Assembly: GCA_043803685.1 (NCBI GenBank)
Contig: JAZDJU010000049.1
Location: forward strand, 1-57,308
Direction of reading: 5' to 3'
Source of the DNA: Candidatus Omnitrophota bacterium
GTDB taxonomy: Bacteria; Omnitrophota; Omnitrophia; Omnitrophales; Aquincolibacteriaceae
DNA: 57,308 bases
How positions within the stretch are numbered: the first letter of the stretch is position 1; every line of letters starts with the position of its first letter. The notes beneath the pieces were generated by a model. The model ran no database searches. It saw only the letters and a program-made list of their open reading frames with translations, and was not told the DNA's origin. Shown in pieces: positions 44,965 to 55,493 of the stretch. The position numbers and the translations under genes were made by a program.

Positions 44965-46044
44965 TTACACTTCACTGAACCAGGCGATGGTCCGGCGAAG
45001 TCCTTCTTTGAGCGGGTACTTGGGCTTGAATCCCGTGGTCTTCTTGATCTTCGAGATGTCGGGACACCGGCGCTTGGGGTCGCTCTTGGAATAGACCGCG
45101 TGCGGCGGATCGATATGCACGATCTTCACGGGATACGGCATGGCATCGGCAACATATTTCGCGAGTCCGGCCACCGAAAGTTCCATCTCGGGATTTCCGA
45201 TGTTAAAAGACTCCCCGTGAGCGTTCGAGAACAGCACCCGGAAGAGCATCTCGATCGCGTCATTGATATAACAGAACGCGCGCGTGTTGCGCCCGTCGCC
45301 GTGGATCGGGAGCGGTTCCTTGCGGAGAGCGTGCTCGATAAAATTGGGCAGGACCCGGTAATCGTCCGGACGAATGCCGGGGCCATAAACGTTGAAAGGA
45401 CGCACCATCTTGACCGGCACGCCGTAGACATTCCAAAAGGTCTCGCACATGGTCTCGCCAAAACGCTTGGATTCGTCGTAGCAGGCGCGCGGTCCGGTCA
45501 CGGACACATTGCCCCGGTATTCCTCGGTCGTCGGCACATGCTTATTGTCGGGATCCCCGTAGACCTCACTCGAGCTGGTGAAAAGGAAGCTCTTCACTTT
45601 CTTTTCACGGGAAAGCTCCAGCATGTTCCGGGTCCCGATCGTCCCAACATCCATGGTCTCCACGGGGAACTTGGTGTAATAGACTGGCGAGGCGATCCCC
45701 GCGGCATGGATCAGATAATCGATCTTCTTGTCCGTCTTGAAAGACTCGATCACGTTATGCTTCTGGAAGGTCAGGTGGTCGTCCGAGAGGATCTGCTGCT
45801 CATACCCGGTGATAAAATTATCGAGCAGGATCGCGGAGAGCTTCTTCTTCAGGACCTGTTTATTGAGATAGCGAAAAAGCATAACGATATAATTGCCGAG
45901 AAAACCGCCCGCCCCGGTCACGAGGAAGGTCTTTCCCTCGAAATGCTTGAGCTGGTCCTTGAGATGCTTCGCAAGCTTCGCGATATCCTCCTGAATGATC
46001 TTCGACTCATAGAGGCGCTTATGATGCGACTGGGCTTTGGACAT
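44965..46044 (-). CDS. NAD-dependent epimerase/dehydratase, UDP-glucuronate decarboxylase-like
   Basis: TGAGGFLG, ASP..Y, SSSEVYGDP, GPRACYDESKR, DPKRRCPDI. Confidence 0.9.
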   Translation of the reverse strand: MSKAQSHHKRLYESKIIQEDIAKLAKHLKDQLKHFEGKTFLVTGAGGFLGNYIVMLFRYLNKQVLKKKLSAILLDNFITGYEQQILSDDHLTFQKHNVIESFKTDKKIDYLIHAAGIASPVYYTKFPVETMDVGTIGTRNMLELSREKKVKSFLFTSSSEVYGDPDNKHVPTTEEYRGNVSVTGPRACYDESKRFGETMCETFWNVYGVPVKMVRPFNVYGPGIRPDDYRVLPNFIEHALRKEPLPIHGDGRNTRAFCYINDAIEMLFRVLFSNAHGESFNIGNPEMELSVAGLAKYVADAMPYPVKIVHIDPPHAVYSKSDPKRRCPDISKIKKTTGFKPKYPLKEGLRRTIAWFSEV

Positions 46045-46182
46045 GGATATGATTCCTTCTTTGAGGATGTGCTGCCAACCCCCGTTATAAAATCAGCGGG
46101 GTCCCGCCCACGGCGGAAAATTCCCAAAAATGAGTTGTGATTATAGCCCGATTGGTGTATTAGATTCAAACAAAAACATCAG

Positions 46183-46250
46183 GGGAAATGGGGAACGTTC
46201 CTCGGGAAACGCCTTGTTCTTTCGTTCCGCGTTCCCCGTTCAACGTTACC
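46183..46250. repeat. Inverted copy of the 44891 heptamer element
   Basis: 46183-46202 and 46230-46247 are exact reverse complements of 44931-44950 and 44891-44908. Confidence 0.75.
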
Positions 46251-46261
46251 CGGCGATCAAA

Positions 46262-47581
46262 ATGGCTCCTATCCGTCAGTTCATAGAATTCATCTTAAAA
46301 AGAAAGTGGCTCGGGATCCTGCTGATCCTTGGCTTCGTCATCGGTGTCGGGATCTCCACGGTCTATCGCGGAGCCATCAGCCCGAAACAACGGACGGACC
46401 TGACCGTATTCCTGATCGCGGGTGAAATGGTCCAGGAAGGCCGCGCCAGCCACATTTACGGGATCGAGAACAAACGCCATTGGCATTATGTCTATCCCCC
46501 GATCCTGGCGGTTTTATTAGCCCCGATCTCCAAGTGGCCCCTCGGAGTCACGGTCACACTCGCTTATCTTTTATCACTCACCTGTCTTGCCGGGACCATC
46601 CTGCTTTCCCAACGCCTTCCAGAACGGTCCGGACCTGCGACGACTGGTCGTCAAGACCATGCGAGCGTGTCGGCATCATTGGGATGCCGACCTGAGAATT
46701 GGCAGATCGCTCTTTCTATGTTCTTCTGCCTCCCCATGATCCTGAACACGCTCACGCGCGGACAATTCGGGATCATTACGCTCTTTTTCATGGCCGCGCT
46801 TTTCTACGGCTATTGGACACGGCACAAGGTCCTGACAGGGCTTCTCCTCGCGTTCGCGATCTCACTCAAGATCAGCCCCCTCGCGTACCTCGTTTTCTTT
46901 TTCCTGATGAAGCGTGAGTGGAAGATCCTTTTGAGTGCGACCCTGGGCTTCGGTGTTTTTCTCTTCCTCTTCCCCTCGGCTGTCATTGGCTTTCGCCAAA
47001 ACTGGGAGCTCCTGCAGATCTGGCAAGGATTGATGTCGGTCTCCCAATCCGACGGCGCGTACAAACATTATCTTTGGGGAGAACTTTTCACGCCATTCAC
47101 GGAGGACAACCAGTCGATTTACGCGGCCGTCACGCGTTTCGTGTGGCCTTCCCTGGGATCGTTCATCGGACATTCCAACGCGCCTGTCCGGTTCATCACC
47201 TCAGGACTCGGCATCCTCCTACTCGCACTTCCTTTCCTGCCGGCGCAAAAGAAGCCCCAGACCCAAGCAGAAGACCCGTTACGATCACTCGCGGAATTCT
47301 CGCTCTTCCCCATGATCATGCTCTTCACATCGCCTGTCACCCAGATCCACCATTACACGGTCATTTATTTCCTGTTCCTCGTCACTCTCATGATGATGGA
47401 CCGCGCTCCCCGCGGCTCCTGGACGCGCAAATGCCTGGGGTTCAGCCTCTGGTTCTGCGCGCTTTTCCTCACGCTGGGCATGGTCATCCCGATCGTGGGT
47501 TACTGGGGGCTCCCGCTCTGGGGTTCGATACTCCTGTGGGGCGTTGTCCTTCTCAACCTCAAAAAAGAACCCGCAATCTAA
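46262..47581 (+). CDS. Glycosyltransferase family 87 (DUF2029) membrane protein
   Basis: DL.VF, YVYPP, RGQ, K.SP, NQS, SP...IHHY; many TM helices. Start placed at MAPIRQ. Confidence 0.85.
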   Translation: MAPIRQFIEFILKRKWLGILLILGFVIGVGISTVYRGAISPKQRTDLTVFLIAGEMVQEGRASHIYGIENKRHWHYVYPPILAVLLAPISKWPLGVTVTLAYLLSLTCLAGTILLSQRLPERSGPATTGRQDHASVSASLGCRPENWQIALSMFFCLPMILNTLTRGQFGIITLFFMAALFYGYWTRHKVLTGLLLAFAISLKISPLAYLVFFFLMKREWKILLSATLGFGVFLFLFPSAVIGFRQNWELLQIWQGLMSVSQSDGAYKHYLWGELFTPFTEDNQSIYAAVTRFVWPSLGSFIGHSNAPVRFITSGLGILLLALPFLPAQKKPQTQAEDPLRSLAEFSLFPMIMLFTSPVTQIHHYTVIYFLFLVTLMMMDRAPRGSWTRKCLGFSLWFCALFLTLGMVIPIVGYWGLPLWGSILLWGVVLLNLKKEPAI

Positions 47582-47862
47582 ACCAAGTGTATCTCGAGGC
47601 TCTTATGAAAAACCTTGGCCAGTTTGATCAAGGTGCTCAGGGAGAAACTCCGGTTGCGCGGGTTCTCCAATCTTGAGACAGTTTGCTGTGTGGTATGAAG
47701 CCGCTCCGCCAATTCCCGTTGGCTGATTCCCTGCTCTTCGCGGACTTTGGCGATCTCCACGGCTAAACGGGCAAACACATCTTCCTCGTCAAAAGCCTTC
47801 TTGAAATTCTTATCCTGCAGGTCTTCTTTGAGCCTGTCCCGGAACTTTCTCATGGACTTCAT
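47578..47862 (-). CDS. XRE-family HTH antitoxin (HigA-like)
   Basis: REEQGISQRELAERLHTTQQTVSRLEN...SLSTL; ATGA overlap with the toxin. Confidence 0.9.
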   Translation of the reverse strand: MKSMRKFRDRLKEDLQDKNFKKAFDEEDVFARLAVEIAKVREEQGISQRELAERLHTTQQTVSRLENPRNRSFSLSTLIKLAKVFHKSLEIHLV

Positions 47863-48233
47863 ATTGGACTCTCCCCTTTTTCCATCCTCATCAAAAGATC
47901 TCCCATCGCACTCAAAGCCCTCTCGATCTCCGCTTGCGGAACCTGGTCCGTTCGTTTGACAAAACCGTGCGTCAGGATCACTTTCTTGGCTATAAAGAAA
48001 TACAGCAGACGATACTGAACCGATCCGAATTTCACTCTCAGTTCCCGGATCTTGTCCCGAAGCATATCGGCATAAGGACGCGGCAAGTCCGGCCCCTCCT
48101 CTTCCAGCAACTCGATCCACTTTTCGATCTTGGCCCGGACCTTGACCGGCAAAGCGTCCAGGAACCCGTCCATAGGACATTCGCCGTTCGCTTTTGCATA
48201 GAACAGGACTTCGTATCGCACGCTTTTCGTCAT
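47859..48233 (-). CDS. RelE/HigB (Gp49-like) toxin
   Basis: GPDLPRPYA..L...IRELRV...YRLLYFF....ILTHGFVK.T...P..EIERA. Confidence 0.9.
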   Translation of the reverse strand: MTKSVRYEVLFYAKANGECPMDGFLDALPVKVRAKIEKWIELLEEEGPDLPRPYADMLRDKIRELRVKFGSVQYRLLYFFIAKKVILTHGFVKRTDQVPQAEIERALSAMGDLLMRMEKGESPI

Positions 48234-48561
48234 TGGAAATGTACACCATTTTTGATGTATTTGCAAGGCTTTCATGTTTTCGTTATATTATATATAAATA
48301 TGATTTAAATTCAATCAAAATCCGGGACCCTCCCATCAAGAACATTCGGATTTTAACGACGGTCAGAAGGGCCAGCTATGGATCGGAGCTAAGAAAAACT
48401 TTGGAATTTAAGCGGAAGAATCTGAGCAACCTAAAAGGACATGATTACTGCGATGCGAAAAATGCTGAACCCGCCAACCCTTCCCTCAAAAACCAAAGGC
48501 CCCATCGGTTTCCAGCCTTAACGACTTTGGCTTGAACGTCTCCCCATAAGTGATTTCCGAT

Positions 48562-49002
48562 TTAAAACTCGCTGTATTCTTTTCTTTTAATCTCCTCTCT
48601 GGCTTTATCCGTCAAAGATATGTACAGTCCAAATGGCATTCCACCATCACCAACTTTTTCCAAGTACTCCCTTTTTTCGCAATACTGATTAAAGCTATTC
48701 CAAACACCTCTAATAATTTCGGCAGGTTTAGCAGGGAAAATCTCCTTTCTCTCGAAATCCTCATTTTGTCTGAACGCAGTAATCGGAATTTGATGAAAAA
48801 CAACATATGCGTCATTATAAAATTTAAAAAGAATTTCCAAGGTGTCTAAGGGGGTCAATGTGGGATCCTCGTGCTTTACAATACCATCCACAACTTCGAA
48901 CGGCTCATCCTCATCGTACGAAATACCTTCGAGAATTTTCCACTCAAGTTTATTCAACATAACAGGCGTTATAAGCATCTCCATATAAAATTCTGCGGGC
49001 AC
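48562..49002 (-). CDS. Hypothetical protein, AT-rich, possible wHTH
   Basis: 146-aa ORF; ends in a LTDKAR wing-like motif; no recognised family. Confidence 0.6.
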   Translation of the reverse strand: MPAEFYMEMLITPVMLNKLEWKILEGISYDEDEPFEVVDGIVKHEDPTLTPLDTLEILFKFYNDAYVVFHQIPITAFRQNEDFERKEIFPAKPAEIIRGVWNSFNQYCEKREYLEKVGDGGMPFGLYISLTDKAREEIKRKEYSEF

Positions 49003-49012
49003 ATTTCTTGAT

Positions 49013-49336
49013 TCATAAAAGCCCCAGCTGGAGCTTCGCGGCGTCGGAAAGGCGGGACTGGTCCCAGGGGGGCTCGAAGGTGATCACGACGGTGACTTTC
49101 TTGACACCGGGTACGGTCGCGACGCGGCGCTCCACATCCTTCTTGATGAGGTCTCCCATCGGGCACGTGGGACTCGTGAACGTCATGCTGACCTCGACCG
49201 ATTTCCCTGCCTCCGGAAGATCTTCCACCTTAAAACCATAAATGAGCCCCAGTTCCACGATGTTGACCGGGATCTCGTAGTCGTAGCAAAGCCGCAGTTG
49301 GTCCCAGATCTGTTCGTCGAGTGTTTTGTCTGTCAT
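49013..49336 (-). CDS. SufT/PaaD-like DUF59 Fe-S assembly protein
   Basis: D.EIPVNIVELGLIY, MTFTSPTCP, FEPPW. Confidence 0.9.
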   Translation of the reverse strand: MTDKTLDEQIWDQLRLCYDYEIPVNIVELGLIYGFKVEDLPEAGKSVEVSMTFTSPTCPMGDLIKKDVERRVATVPGVKKVTVVITFEPPWDQSRLSDAAKLQLGLL

Positions 49337-49382
49337 ATCGTACCTTTTCTTACTTTAGAAATAATCTCTACCGTAAACAGGA

Positions 49383-49447
49383 GCCACATGCCAGGGGCGA
49401 CAATCCACGTTGAAATGCGTGGCACGTGGTGCGTGGCCCGAGAGCCG
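49383..49447. repeat. 7-nt-periodic CCACG/CGTGG element
   Basis: CGTGGCACGTGGTGCGTGGCCC (49418-49439) is identical to 53333-53354. Confidence 0.7.
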
Positions 49448-49903
49448 CTACTCAGTAGTAACCTGTTTCCCCGTGGGTTCCACGCCTTCGAGCATGATAT
49501 GCCACGGGAGGGAAGCGCATTTGACGCGCGACGGAAATTCACACACCCCGCCGAGCGTCGCGAGTTTGCCTACTTTCGCGGCATCGAACGGCGCGCCGAT
49601 CTCGCGAGAGAGCATTTTGTGCACGTCTTCAAAAAGCGCCCTGGCTTCCGCCTTGGTTTTCCCCTTGAGCGCCGCCGTCATCATCGATGCCGAGGATTTC
49701 GAGATTGCGCACCCCGAACCATCAAAACTGATGTCCTTGATCACGTCCCCTTCCATCTTCACGTAGACCTTGAAATGGTCCCCGCAGAGAGGATTGTAGC
49801 CTTCTACCGTCCGGTCGGCGTCCATCATCGCGTGGAAATTCCGCGGGTTCTTGTTGTGGTCCATGATCATCTGCTGATAAAGTTCCCGAACGTCGCCGCT
49901 CAC
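49448..49903 (-). CDS. sufU: SUF system NifU-family protein SufU
   Basis: LYQ..IMDH.KNPRN, NPLCGD, GCAIS, RVKCA. Confidence 0.95.
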   Translation of the reverse strand: MSGDVRELYQQMIMDHNKNPRNFHAMMDADRTVEGYNPLCGDHFKVYVKMEGDVIKDISFDGSGCAISKSSASMMTAALKGKTKAEARALFEDVHKMLSREIGAPFDAAKVGKLATLGGVCEFPSRVKCASLPWHIMLEGVEPTGKQVTTE

Positions 49904-51129
49904 CGGAACACCTCCGTCACTTCACGGAGCGCCGCGACCAACCGATCGATCTCTTCGAACGTATTGTAGAAGGCAAGCGACGCACGCGTCGTGGCCGGCA
50001 CATTAAAGCGCTGCATGACAGGCATGGCGCAATGATGGCCCGCACGTATCGCGATCCCCTGACGATCCAGAATTGTCCCAATGTCGTGCGCGTGCGCTTC
50101 CCCGAGCACAAACGAAAGAATGGCGGATTTCTGCCGCGCGGTCCCGATCAACCGGAGTCCCGGGACCTGCAAAAGTTTTTCAGTCCCGTATTTCAAAAGC
50201 TCCTGTTCGTACGCCTCGATCTTTTCGAGTCCGACCGACTGGATATAATCGATCGCCACGCCAAGCCCGATCACGCCCGCGATGTGCGGCGTCCCGGCCT
50301 CAAATTTGTACGGCAGATCGTTGTAGGTCGTCTTCTCGAACGTCACCGTGCGGATCATGTCGCCGCCGCCCTGGTAAGGCGGCATCTTCTCCAGCCATTC
50401 CTTTTTCCCATAGAGCACGCCGATCCCCGTAGGCCCGAGAAGTTTATGGCCGGAAAAAGCGTAAAAATCACAATCGAGGTCCCGGACATTCACCGGCGTA
50501 TGCGCCACAGCCTGCGCGCCGTCCAGCATGACGGGGATCCCCTTCGCGTGCGCGAGCCGGATGATCTCCTTGACCGGGTTGATCGTGCCGAGCGCGTTCG
50601 AGACATGGACGACAGACACGAACTTCACTTTGTCTGTAAGAAGCTTCTGAAATTCCTCCATCATCAGCTCGCCCTGGTCGTTGATGGGAACCACCTTAAG
50701 CTTGATGCCGAGCTCCTCCTCGAGCATCTGCCAGGGAACGATGTTGGAGTGGTGTTCCATATGCGTGATAAGGACTTCGTCCCCGGCCTTGAGGAAAGTC
50801 CGGCCGTAGCAATGCGCCACGAGATTGAGCGCTTCTGTGGTCCCGCGTACAAAAATGATCTCCTTGTCGGAGGCAGCGCCAAGGAATTCCCGGACCTTCA
50901 GGCGCGCGCTTTTGTAACGCTTGGTCGCCTGCTCGCTCAAACAGAAAACGCCCCGATGGATGTTCGCGTTCTCCTTGGCATAATATTGCGTCATCGTATC
51001 GATCACGACCTGCGGCTTCTGAGTCGTCGCGGCATTATCGAGATACGTAAGCGGCTTGCCGTAGACGTGCTCCCGGAGGATCGGAAAGTCATTCCGGATC
51101 TGTGCTGCGTCGAAATTTCCCTTATTCAT
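49900..51129 (-). CDS. sufS: Cysteine desulfurase SufS
   Basis: [23 protein letters not shown]. Confidence 0.97.
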   Translation of the reverse strand: MNKGNFDAAQIRNDFPILREHVYGKPLTYLDNAATTQKPQVVIDTMTQYYAKENANIHRGVFCLSEQATKRYKSARLKVREFLGAASDKEIIFVRGTTEALNLVAHCYGRTFLKAGDEVLITHMEHHSNIVPWQMLEEELGIKLKVVPINDQGELMMEEFQKLLTDKVKFVSVVHVSNALGTINPVKEIIRLAHAKGIPVMLDGAQAVAHTPVNVRDLDCDFYAFSGHKLLGPTGIGVLYGKKEWLEKMPPYQGGGDMIRTVTFEKTTYNDLPYKFEAGTPHIAGVIGLGVAIDYIQSVGLEKIEAYEQELLKYGTEKLLQVPGLRLIGTARQKSAILSFVLGEAHAHDIGTILDRQGIAIRAGHHCAMPVMQRFNVPATTRASLAFYNTFEEIDRLVAALREVTEVFR

Positions 51130-51148
51130 CGTTCGCCTACCTTCCCCT

Positions 51149-52459
51149 TTATAAGGAGCCGCTGCAAAATTGTTGTTCCAGTTTTTCGTTCACAAGTTCC
51201 AGCAAGGTTTCTTTCATGAAACTCAGACTCGAACGCTCGATCACTTCGCGAGCAAACCCCTGAGCCAGTATGCGCCCGGCCTCTTTTTCGCCGATCCCCC
51301 GCGACCGCAGATAAAAAAGTCCGTCCTCCTGAAGCTGTCCGACTGCCGCGCCGTGACTGCATTTAACGTCGTCGGCGAGGATCTCAAGCTGCGGCTGGGC
51401 GTCGATCTTCGCTGTGTCCGAAAGTAGCAGGTTCTTGTTGGTTTGGTGCGCGTCGGTCCGCTGGGCGTCCTGGCGCACGATCACCCGTCCGCGAAAAACC
51501 CCCCGGGAATTCCCGGCCAAAAGCCCTTTAAAAAATTGATCGCTCTTGCCGTCCGGCGCCGCGTGGTCCACAAAAGTCTGATGGTCGAGCACCTGCTCCT
51601 TGTCCCCCAGAAAAAGTCCGTTCATTTCACAGGACGCGCCCGGGGCCGTGAGCGTCACGCGACAGTCGTTCCGCATGAGCCGCGCCCCCGTCGAAAGCGC
51701 GAATGAAACAAAAGCGCTTCCACGACGCTGGACCACTTGCGTTATCGCGATATGAAAAGCCGCGCCGTTCTCCCGCTGGACCTTGCCGTGTTCCAGCCTC
51801 GCGTCCTCTTCAAGAACGATCTCCGTCACGGCATTTGTAAAATAACTTTGTTCACACTCTCCAATATAAGTCTCCACGATCGCCGCACGGCTCATTTTCC
51901 CGGCCACGATAAGATTCCTCACGTGGAACACGTTTTGTTCCTTGGAAGGATCCGCCAGAAACACCAGATGAATGGGCTCCTTCACGGTCACACCCTCAGG
52001 GATACGGATCACCAGACCGTCCGTAAAAAACCCGGCGTTCAAAGCTGAGAATGGATTGTCGACTGAAAGCGCGTATCGACCCAGATGCGGCTCCACCAGG
52101 TCCGGCCGTGAGGCGATTGCTTCCTGAAGACCGGTCACTTCGAATCCTTCTCCGACCGAGGAATGCTCACGCAGGAATTTTCCGTTCACGACAAGTAGAA
52201 AGTTGTGACCGCATTTCAACCTGAGGGCATCGACCGTCTTGCCGGAAATTTTCGAGGGCGTTCTCTGAAAGCCCCACGGCGTCTCCCGGACCACTGTCAC
52301 GTCCGTGTATCGCCACGCGTCGTCTCGAGTCGTCGGAAAACCCTTTCGGGCAAAAGCATTCATCGCCTCTTCGCGCAGACGGAGAAGCCACGACGGATCA
52401 TTAGCCGTCTTTTTCAATTCCTCGAACCTTTTAAGATACTGCTCCATCATTTTTTCCAT
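51149..52459 (-). CDS. sufD: Fe-S assembly protein SufD
   Basis: [48 protein letters not shown]. Confidence 0.95.
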   Translation of the reverse strand: MEKMMEQYLKRFEELKKTANDPSWLLRLREEAMNAFARKGFPTTRDDAWRYTDVTVVRETPWGFQRTPSKISGKTVDALRLKCGHNFLLVVNGKFLREHSSVGEGFEVTGLQEAIASRPDLVEPHLGRYALSVDNPFSALNAGFFTDGLVIRIPEGVTVKEPIHLVFLADPSKEQNVFHVRNLIVAGKMSRAAIVETYIGECEQSYFTNAVTEIVLEEDARLEHGKVQRENGAAFHIAITQVVQRRGSAFVSFALSTGARLMRNDCRVTLTAPGASCEMNGLFLGDKEQVLDHQTFVDHAAPDGKSDQFFKGLLAGNSRGVFRGRVIVRQDAQRTDAHQTNKNLLLSDTAKIDAQPQLEILADDVKCSHGAAVGQLQEDGLFYLRSRGIGEKEAGRILAQGFAREVIERSSLSFMKETLLELVNEKLEQQFCSGSL

Positions 52460-52469
52460 AATTCATTCC

Positions 52470-52543
52470 CAGACCGAAGACTACAGACCAGAGACTACAG
52501 CAAAAGCTTTTGTCTTTAGTCTGTGGTCTGTCGTCTGTAGTCT
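52470..52543. repeat. 7-nt-periodic AGAC/GTCT stem-loop
   Basis: cagaccg aagacta cagacca gagacta ... gtcttta gtctgtg gtctgtc gtctgta gtct. Confidence 0.8.
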
Positions 52544-53280
52544 CATTTCACCCACTCATACCCTTTTTCTTCAAGCTTGAACGCGAGGTCTTTGCCGCCC
52601 GACAGCACGATCTTCCCGCCCATAAGCACGTGCACATGGTCTGGCGTGATGTAGTTGAGCATTCGCTGATAGTGCGTCACAAGCACGAAGGAACGTTCGG
52701 GACTCCGCAAGCGGTTCACGCCCTCGGAGACGATCTTCAGAGCGTCAATATCGAGCCCCGAATCCGTCTCGTCCAGGATCGCGAGCTTCGGCGCTAGCAC
52801 CGCCAGTTGGAGGATCTCGTTCCGTTTCTTCTCGCCGCCCGAAAACCCCTCGTTCACCGGACGATTCAGAAAGCTCTCGTCCATCTCCACGATCTTCATT
52901 TTTTCTTTCAGGAATTCCAGGAACTCCATGGCATCGAGCTCCTCAAGCCCCCGCGCCTTCCGCGTTTCGTTCACGGCGGCTTTCAGGAAATAAGCGTTAT
53001 TCACGCCCGGGATATCGATCGGATACTGGAACGCGAGAAAAACCCCCTGGCGCGCCCGGTCCTCGATCGCCATTTGGAAAAGATCCTTCCCTTCATAGGT
53101 GGCGGTGCCGCCCGTCACGACATACGACGGATGACCGGCCAACACACGTGTCAGCGTGCTCTTCCCGGAACCGTTCGGCCCCATGATGGCGTGCACTTCC
53201 CCGGCCTTGACCGAGAGGTCGATGCCTTTCAAGATCTCCACCCCTTCAACGCTCACATGTAAGTCTTTGATCTCTAGCAT
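52543..53280 (-). CDS. sufC: Fe-S assembly ATPase SufC
   Basis: GPNGSGKST, FLAFQYP, FSGGEKKRNE, ILDETDSGLDIDA. Confidence 0.98.
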   Translation of the reverse strand: MLEIKDLHVSVEGVEILKGIDLSVKAGEVHAIMGPNGSGKSTLTRVLAGHPSYVVTGGTATYEGKDLFQMAIEDRARQGVFLAFQYPIDIPGVNNAYFLKAAVNETRKARGLEELDAMEFLEFLKEKMKIVEMDESFLNRPVNEGFSGGEKKRNEILQLAVLAPKLAILDETDSGLDIDALKIVSEGVNRLRSPERSFVLVTHYQRMLNYITPDHVHVLMGGKIVLSGGKDLAFKLEEKGYEWVK

Positions 53281-53307
53281 TTATTCCTCCTCATAATAAC
53301 TGTAAGA

Positions 53308-53358
53308 ACCACGAGCCACGATGCACGGCCCACGTGGCACGTGGTGCGTGGCCCATGG
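53308..53358. repeat. 7-nt-periodic CCACG/CGTGG stem-loop
   Basis: accacga gccacga tgcacgg cccacgt ggcacgt ggtgcgt ggcccat. Confidence 0.75.
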
Positions 53359-53365
53359 AACTGTT

Positions 53366-54802
53366 TCAACCCACACTTCCTTCCAAACTGACGTTCATCA
53401 ACCGCTGGGCCTCGACCGCGAACTCCATCGGCAGGTTCTTGAACACTTCTTTGCAGAACCCGTGAACGATCATGGAGATCGCATTCTCCGCCGACATGCC
53501 GCGCTGACGACAGTAAAAAAGCTGGTCTTCGTTGATCCTCGAAGTCGTGGCCTCATGCTCCGCGCGCGAGGTCCGGTTCTGAACCTCAAGCGTTGGGAAC
53601 GTATTCGCGCTGCACCGGTCTCCCATGAGAAGTGAATCGCATTGCGTGTAGTTGCGGGAGCCCGTGGCGTGCGGCACGACCTTCACAAGACCGCGGTAGG
53701 TGTTCATCCCGAAACGCGCGGAGATCCCCTTGGAAATGATCGTGCTTTTCGTGTTTTTCCCCAGGTGGATCATCTTGGTGCCGGTGTCCGCTTGCTGGTG
53801 ATTGTTCACAACGGCCACTGAATAAAATTCTCCGACCGAATGATCACCCCTCAAAATGCAGCTCGGATATTTCCACGTGATCGCGGAACCGGTCTCGACC
53901 TGCGTCCACGAGATCTTGGACCGTTCCCCTTCGCAGAGCCCGCGCTTCGTCACAAAATTATAGATACCGCCTTTGCCTTCCTTGTCCCCCGCGTACCAGT
54001 TCTGCACCGTCGAATACTTGATCGAGGCATTCGTATGCGCCACGAGTTCCACCACCGCCGCGTGAAGCTGGTTCTTGTCGCGGATGGGGGCCGTGCACCC
54101 CTCAAGATAGCTTACAAAACTTCCTTCGTCCGCCACGATCAGAGTCCGTTCGAATTGCCCCGTGTCCATGGCGTTGATGCGAAAGTAAGTGGAAAGCTCC
54201 ATCGGACAGCGCACGCCTTTGGGGATATAACAAAAAGAACCGTCGCTGAAGACCGCGGAGTTGAGCGCGGAAAAAAAATTGTCCTTTACCGGCACGACTG
54301 AGCCCAAATATTTTTTCACCAGCTCCGGGTGCTCGCGCAAAGCCTCGGAGAAAGAGCAAAAGATGATCCCGTATTCCTTGAGCTTCGTCTTGTAGGTCGT
54401 CGCGACTGAGACGCTGTCAAAGACCGCGTCCACAGCCACACCCGCGAGCATTTTCTGCTCCTCAAGCGGGATCCCGAGTTTCTCGTAGGTCTTGAGGATC
54501 TCCTCGTCCACGTCCGCGAGAGTTTGGGGACCGTCCTTTTTCTGCTTAGGCGCGGAATAATAGATGATGTCCTGGTAATCGATCTTGGGATAACGGACGC
54601 TCGCCCAATCGGGCTCTTTCATTTTGAGCCATTCGCGGTAAGCGGCAAGCCGCCACTCGAGCATGAAATCAGGCTCTTGTTTCTTTTTGGAAATGAAACG
54701 GATCGTATCCTCGGAAAGGCCGCGAGGCGCCGCGTCCGATTCGACGGGAGTCACGAATCCGTAAGCGTAATCGTCGGGTAACTGGGGTCCTTTGGCCGTC
54801 AT
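53366..54802 (-). CDS. sufB: Fe-S assembly protein SufB
   Basis: [42 protein letters not shown]. Confidence 0.98.
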   Translation of the reverse strand: MTAKGPQLPDDYAYGFVTPVESDAAPRGLSEDTIRFISKKKQEPDFMLEWRLAAYREWLKMKEPDWASVRYPKIDYQDIIYYSAPKQKKDGPQTLADVDEEILKTYEKLGIPLEEQKMLAGVAVDAVFDSVSVATTYKTKLKEYGIIFCSFSEALREHPELVKKYLGSVVPVKDNFFSALNSAVFSDGSFCYIPKGVRCPMELSTYFRINAMDTGQFERTLIVADEGSFVSYLEGCTAPIRDKNQLHAAVVELVAHTNASIKYSTVQNWYAGDKEGKGGIYNFVTKRGLCEGERSKISWTQVETGSAITWKYPSCILRGDHSVGEFYSVAVVNNHQQADTGTKMIHLGKNTKSTIISKGISARFGMNTYRGLVKVVPHATGSRNYTQCDSLLMGDRCSANTFPTLEVQNRTSRAEHEATTSRINEDQLFYCRQRGMSAENAISMIVHGFCKEVFKNLPMEFAVEAQRLMNVSLEGSVG

Positions 54803-55263
54803 GATCTCTTCCTCGAAGCGGCTTCAAGTTCTGGCTTCGGCTCCAACCCGATCACGTCCTCAGCGATCATCTCGAGCGTGATGGTCTGGTAAAGTTCGTC
54901 CAGGGTCGTTTTGGTCTTGTACCAAACGGGTTTCAATTTACATAATGAGAAATGAGTGCAGACGATGCTCTTGCGGTGTTTGATATCGCAGAAGGCCTCG
55001 AAGGTGCTCCCTTCCAAAGCCTCCACGATCTCCCTCAAAGTGATCTCGGCCGCCGGCCGCGTGAGAGTCCATCCGCCTTTGTTCCCCTGTTGCGAAGTGG
55101 TGATACCGGCCCGCCGGAGTCCCTGCAAGATCTTCTCCGTGAAGGTCACGGAAAATCCTTCATGCAAGGCAATCTCTTTGGCCGTGCTCGCCCCCGGCCA
55201 AGGTTTTTTGGCCATGTGTGCCAGGCAAATGACTCCATATTCTGTCTTCGTGGTGTATCGCAT
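54799..55263 (-). CDS. Rrf2 family Fe-S regulator (IscR/SufR-like)
   Basis: TTKTEYG, G.KGGW.L.RP..EITL..IVEALEG, three C-terminal Cys (C-x9-C-x5-C). Confidence 0.92.
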   Translation of the reverse strand: MRYTTKTEYGVICLAHMAKKPWPGASTAKEIALHEGFSVTFTEKILQGLRRAGITTSQQGNKGGWTLTRPAAEITLREIVEALEGSTFEAFCDIKHRKSIVCTHFSLCKLKPVWYKTKTTLDELYQTITLEMIAEDVIGLEPKPELEAASRKRS

Positions 55264-55309
55264 ATCCCGCCCATTTCACTAAGAGCCTATCCGATTATCA
55301 AATTCAACC

Positions 55310-55472
55310 GTCATTGCGAGCCGCGAAGACGGCGCCTGGATCTCATTAATTTCTAGATTGAAATCCAGTGTTGCACTCGTCTCCTTTAAGAAGTCAGTAG
55401 AAGACAAGTGCGAAGCAATCTGTTTTGAAGAGCGAGATCACCTCGCCCCAGGAAAACGGGGCCCGCGATGAC
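55310..55472. repeat. REP-like element (GTCATTGCGAG...GCAATC...CGCGATGAC type) in the suf leader
   Basis: Terminal GTCATTGCG/CGCGATGAC arms, GCGAAGCAATC, GAGATCACCTCG, internal CCCC..GGGG hairpin. Confidence 0.6.
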
Positions 55473-55493
55473 TTGCTTGCTGCTTATTTCAGG

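Noticed and set aside
47578..48249. 223-aa ORF as a toxin-antitoxin fusion
   Set aside because: The N-terminal part is an alternative frame of the toxin gene; the HTH protein starts at 47862 with an ATGA overlap.
49013..55263. suf operon as novel
   Set aside because: Standard rrf2-sufBCDSU-sufT content; only the intergenic elements are notable.
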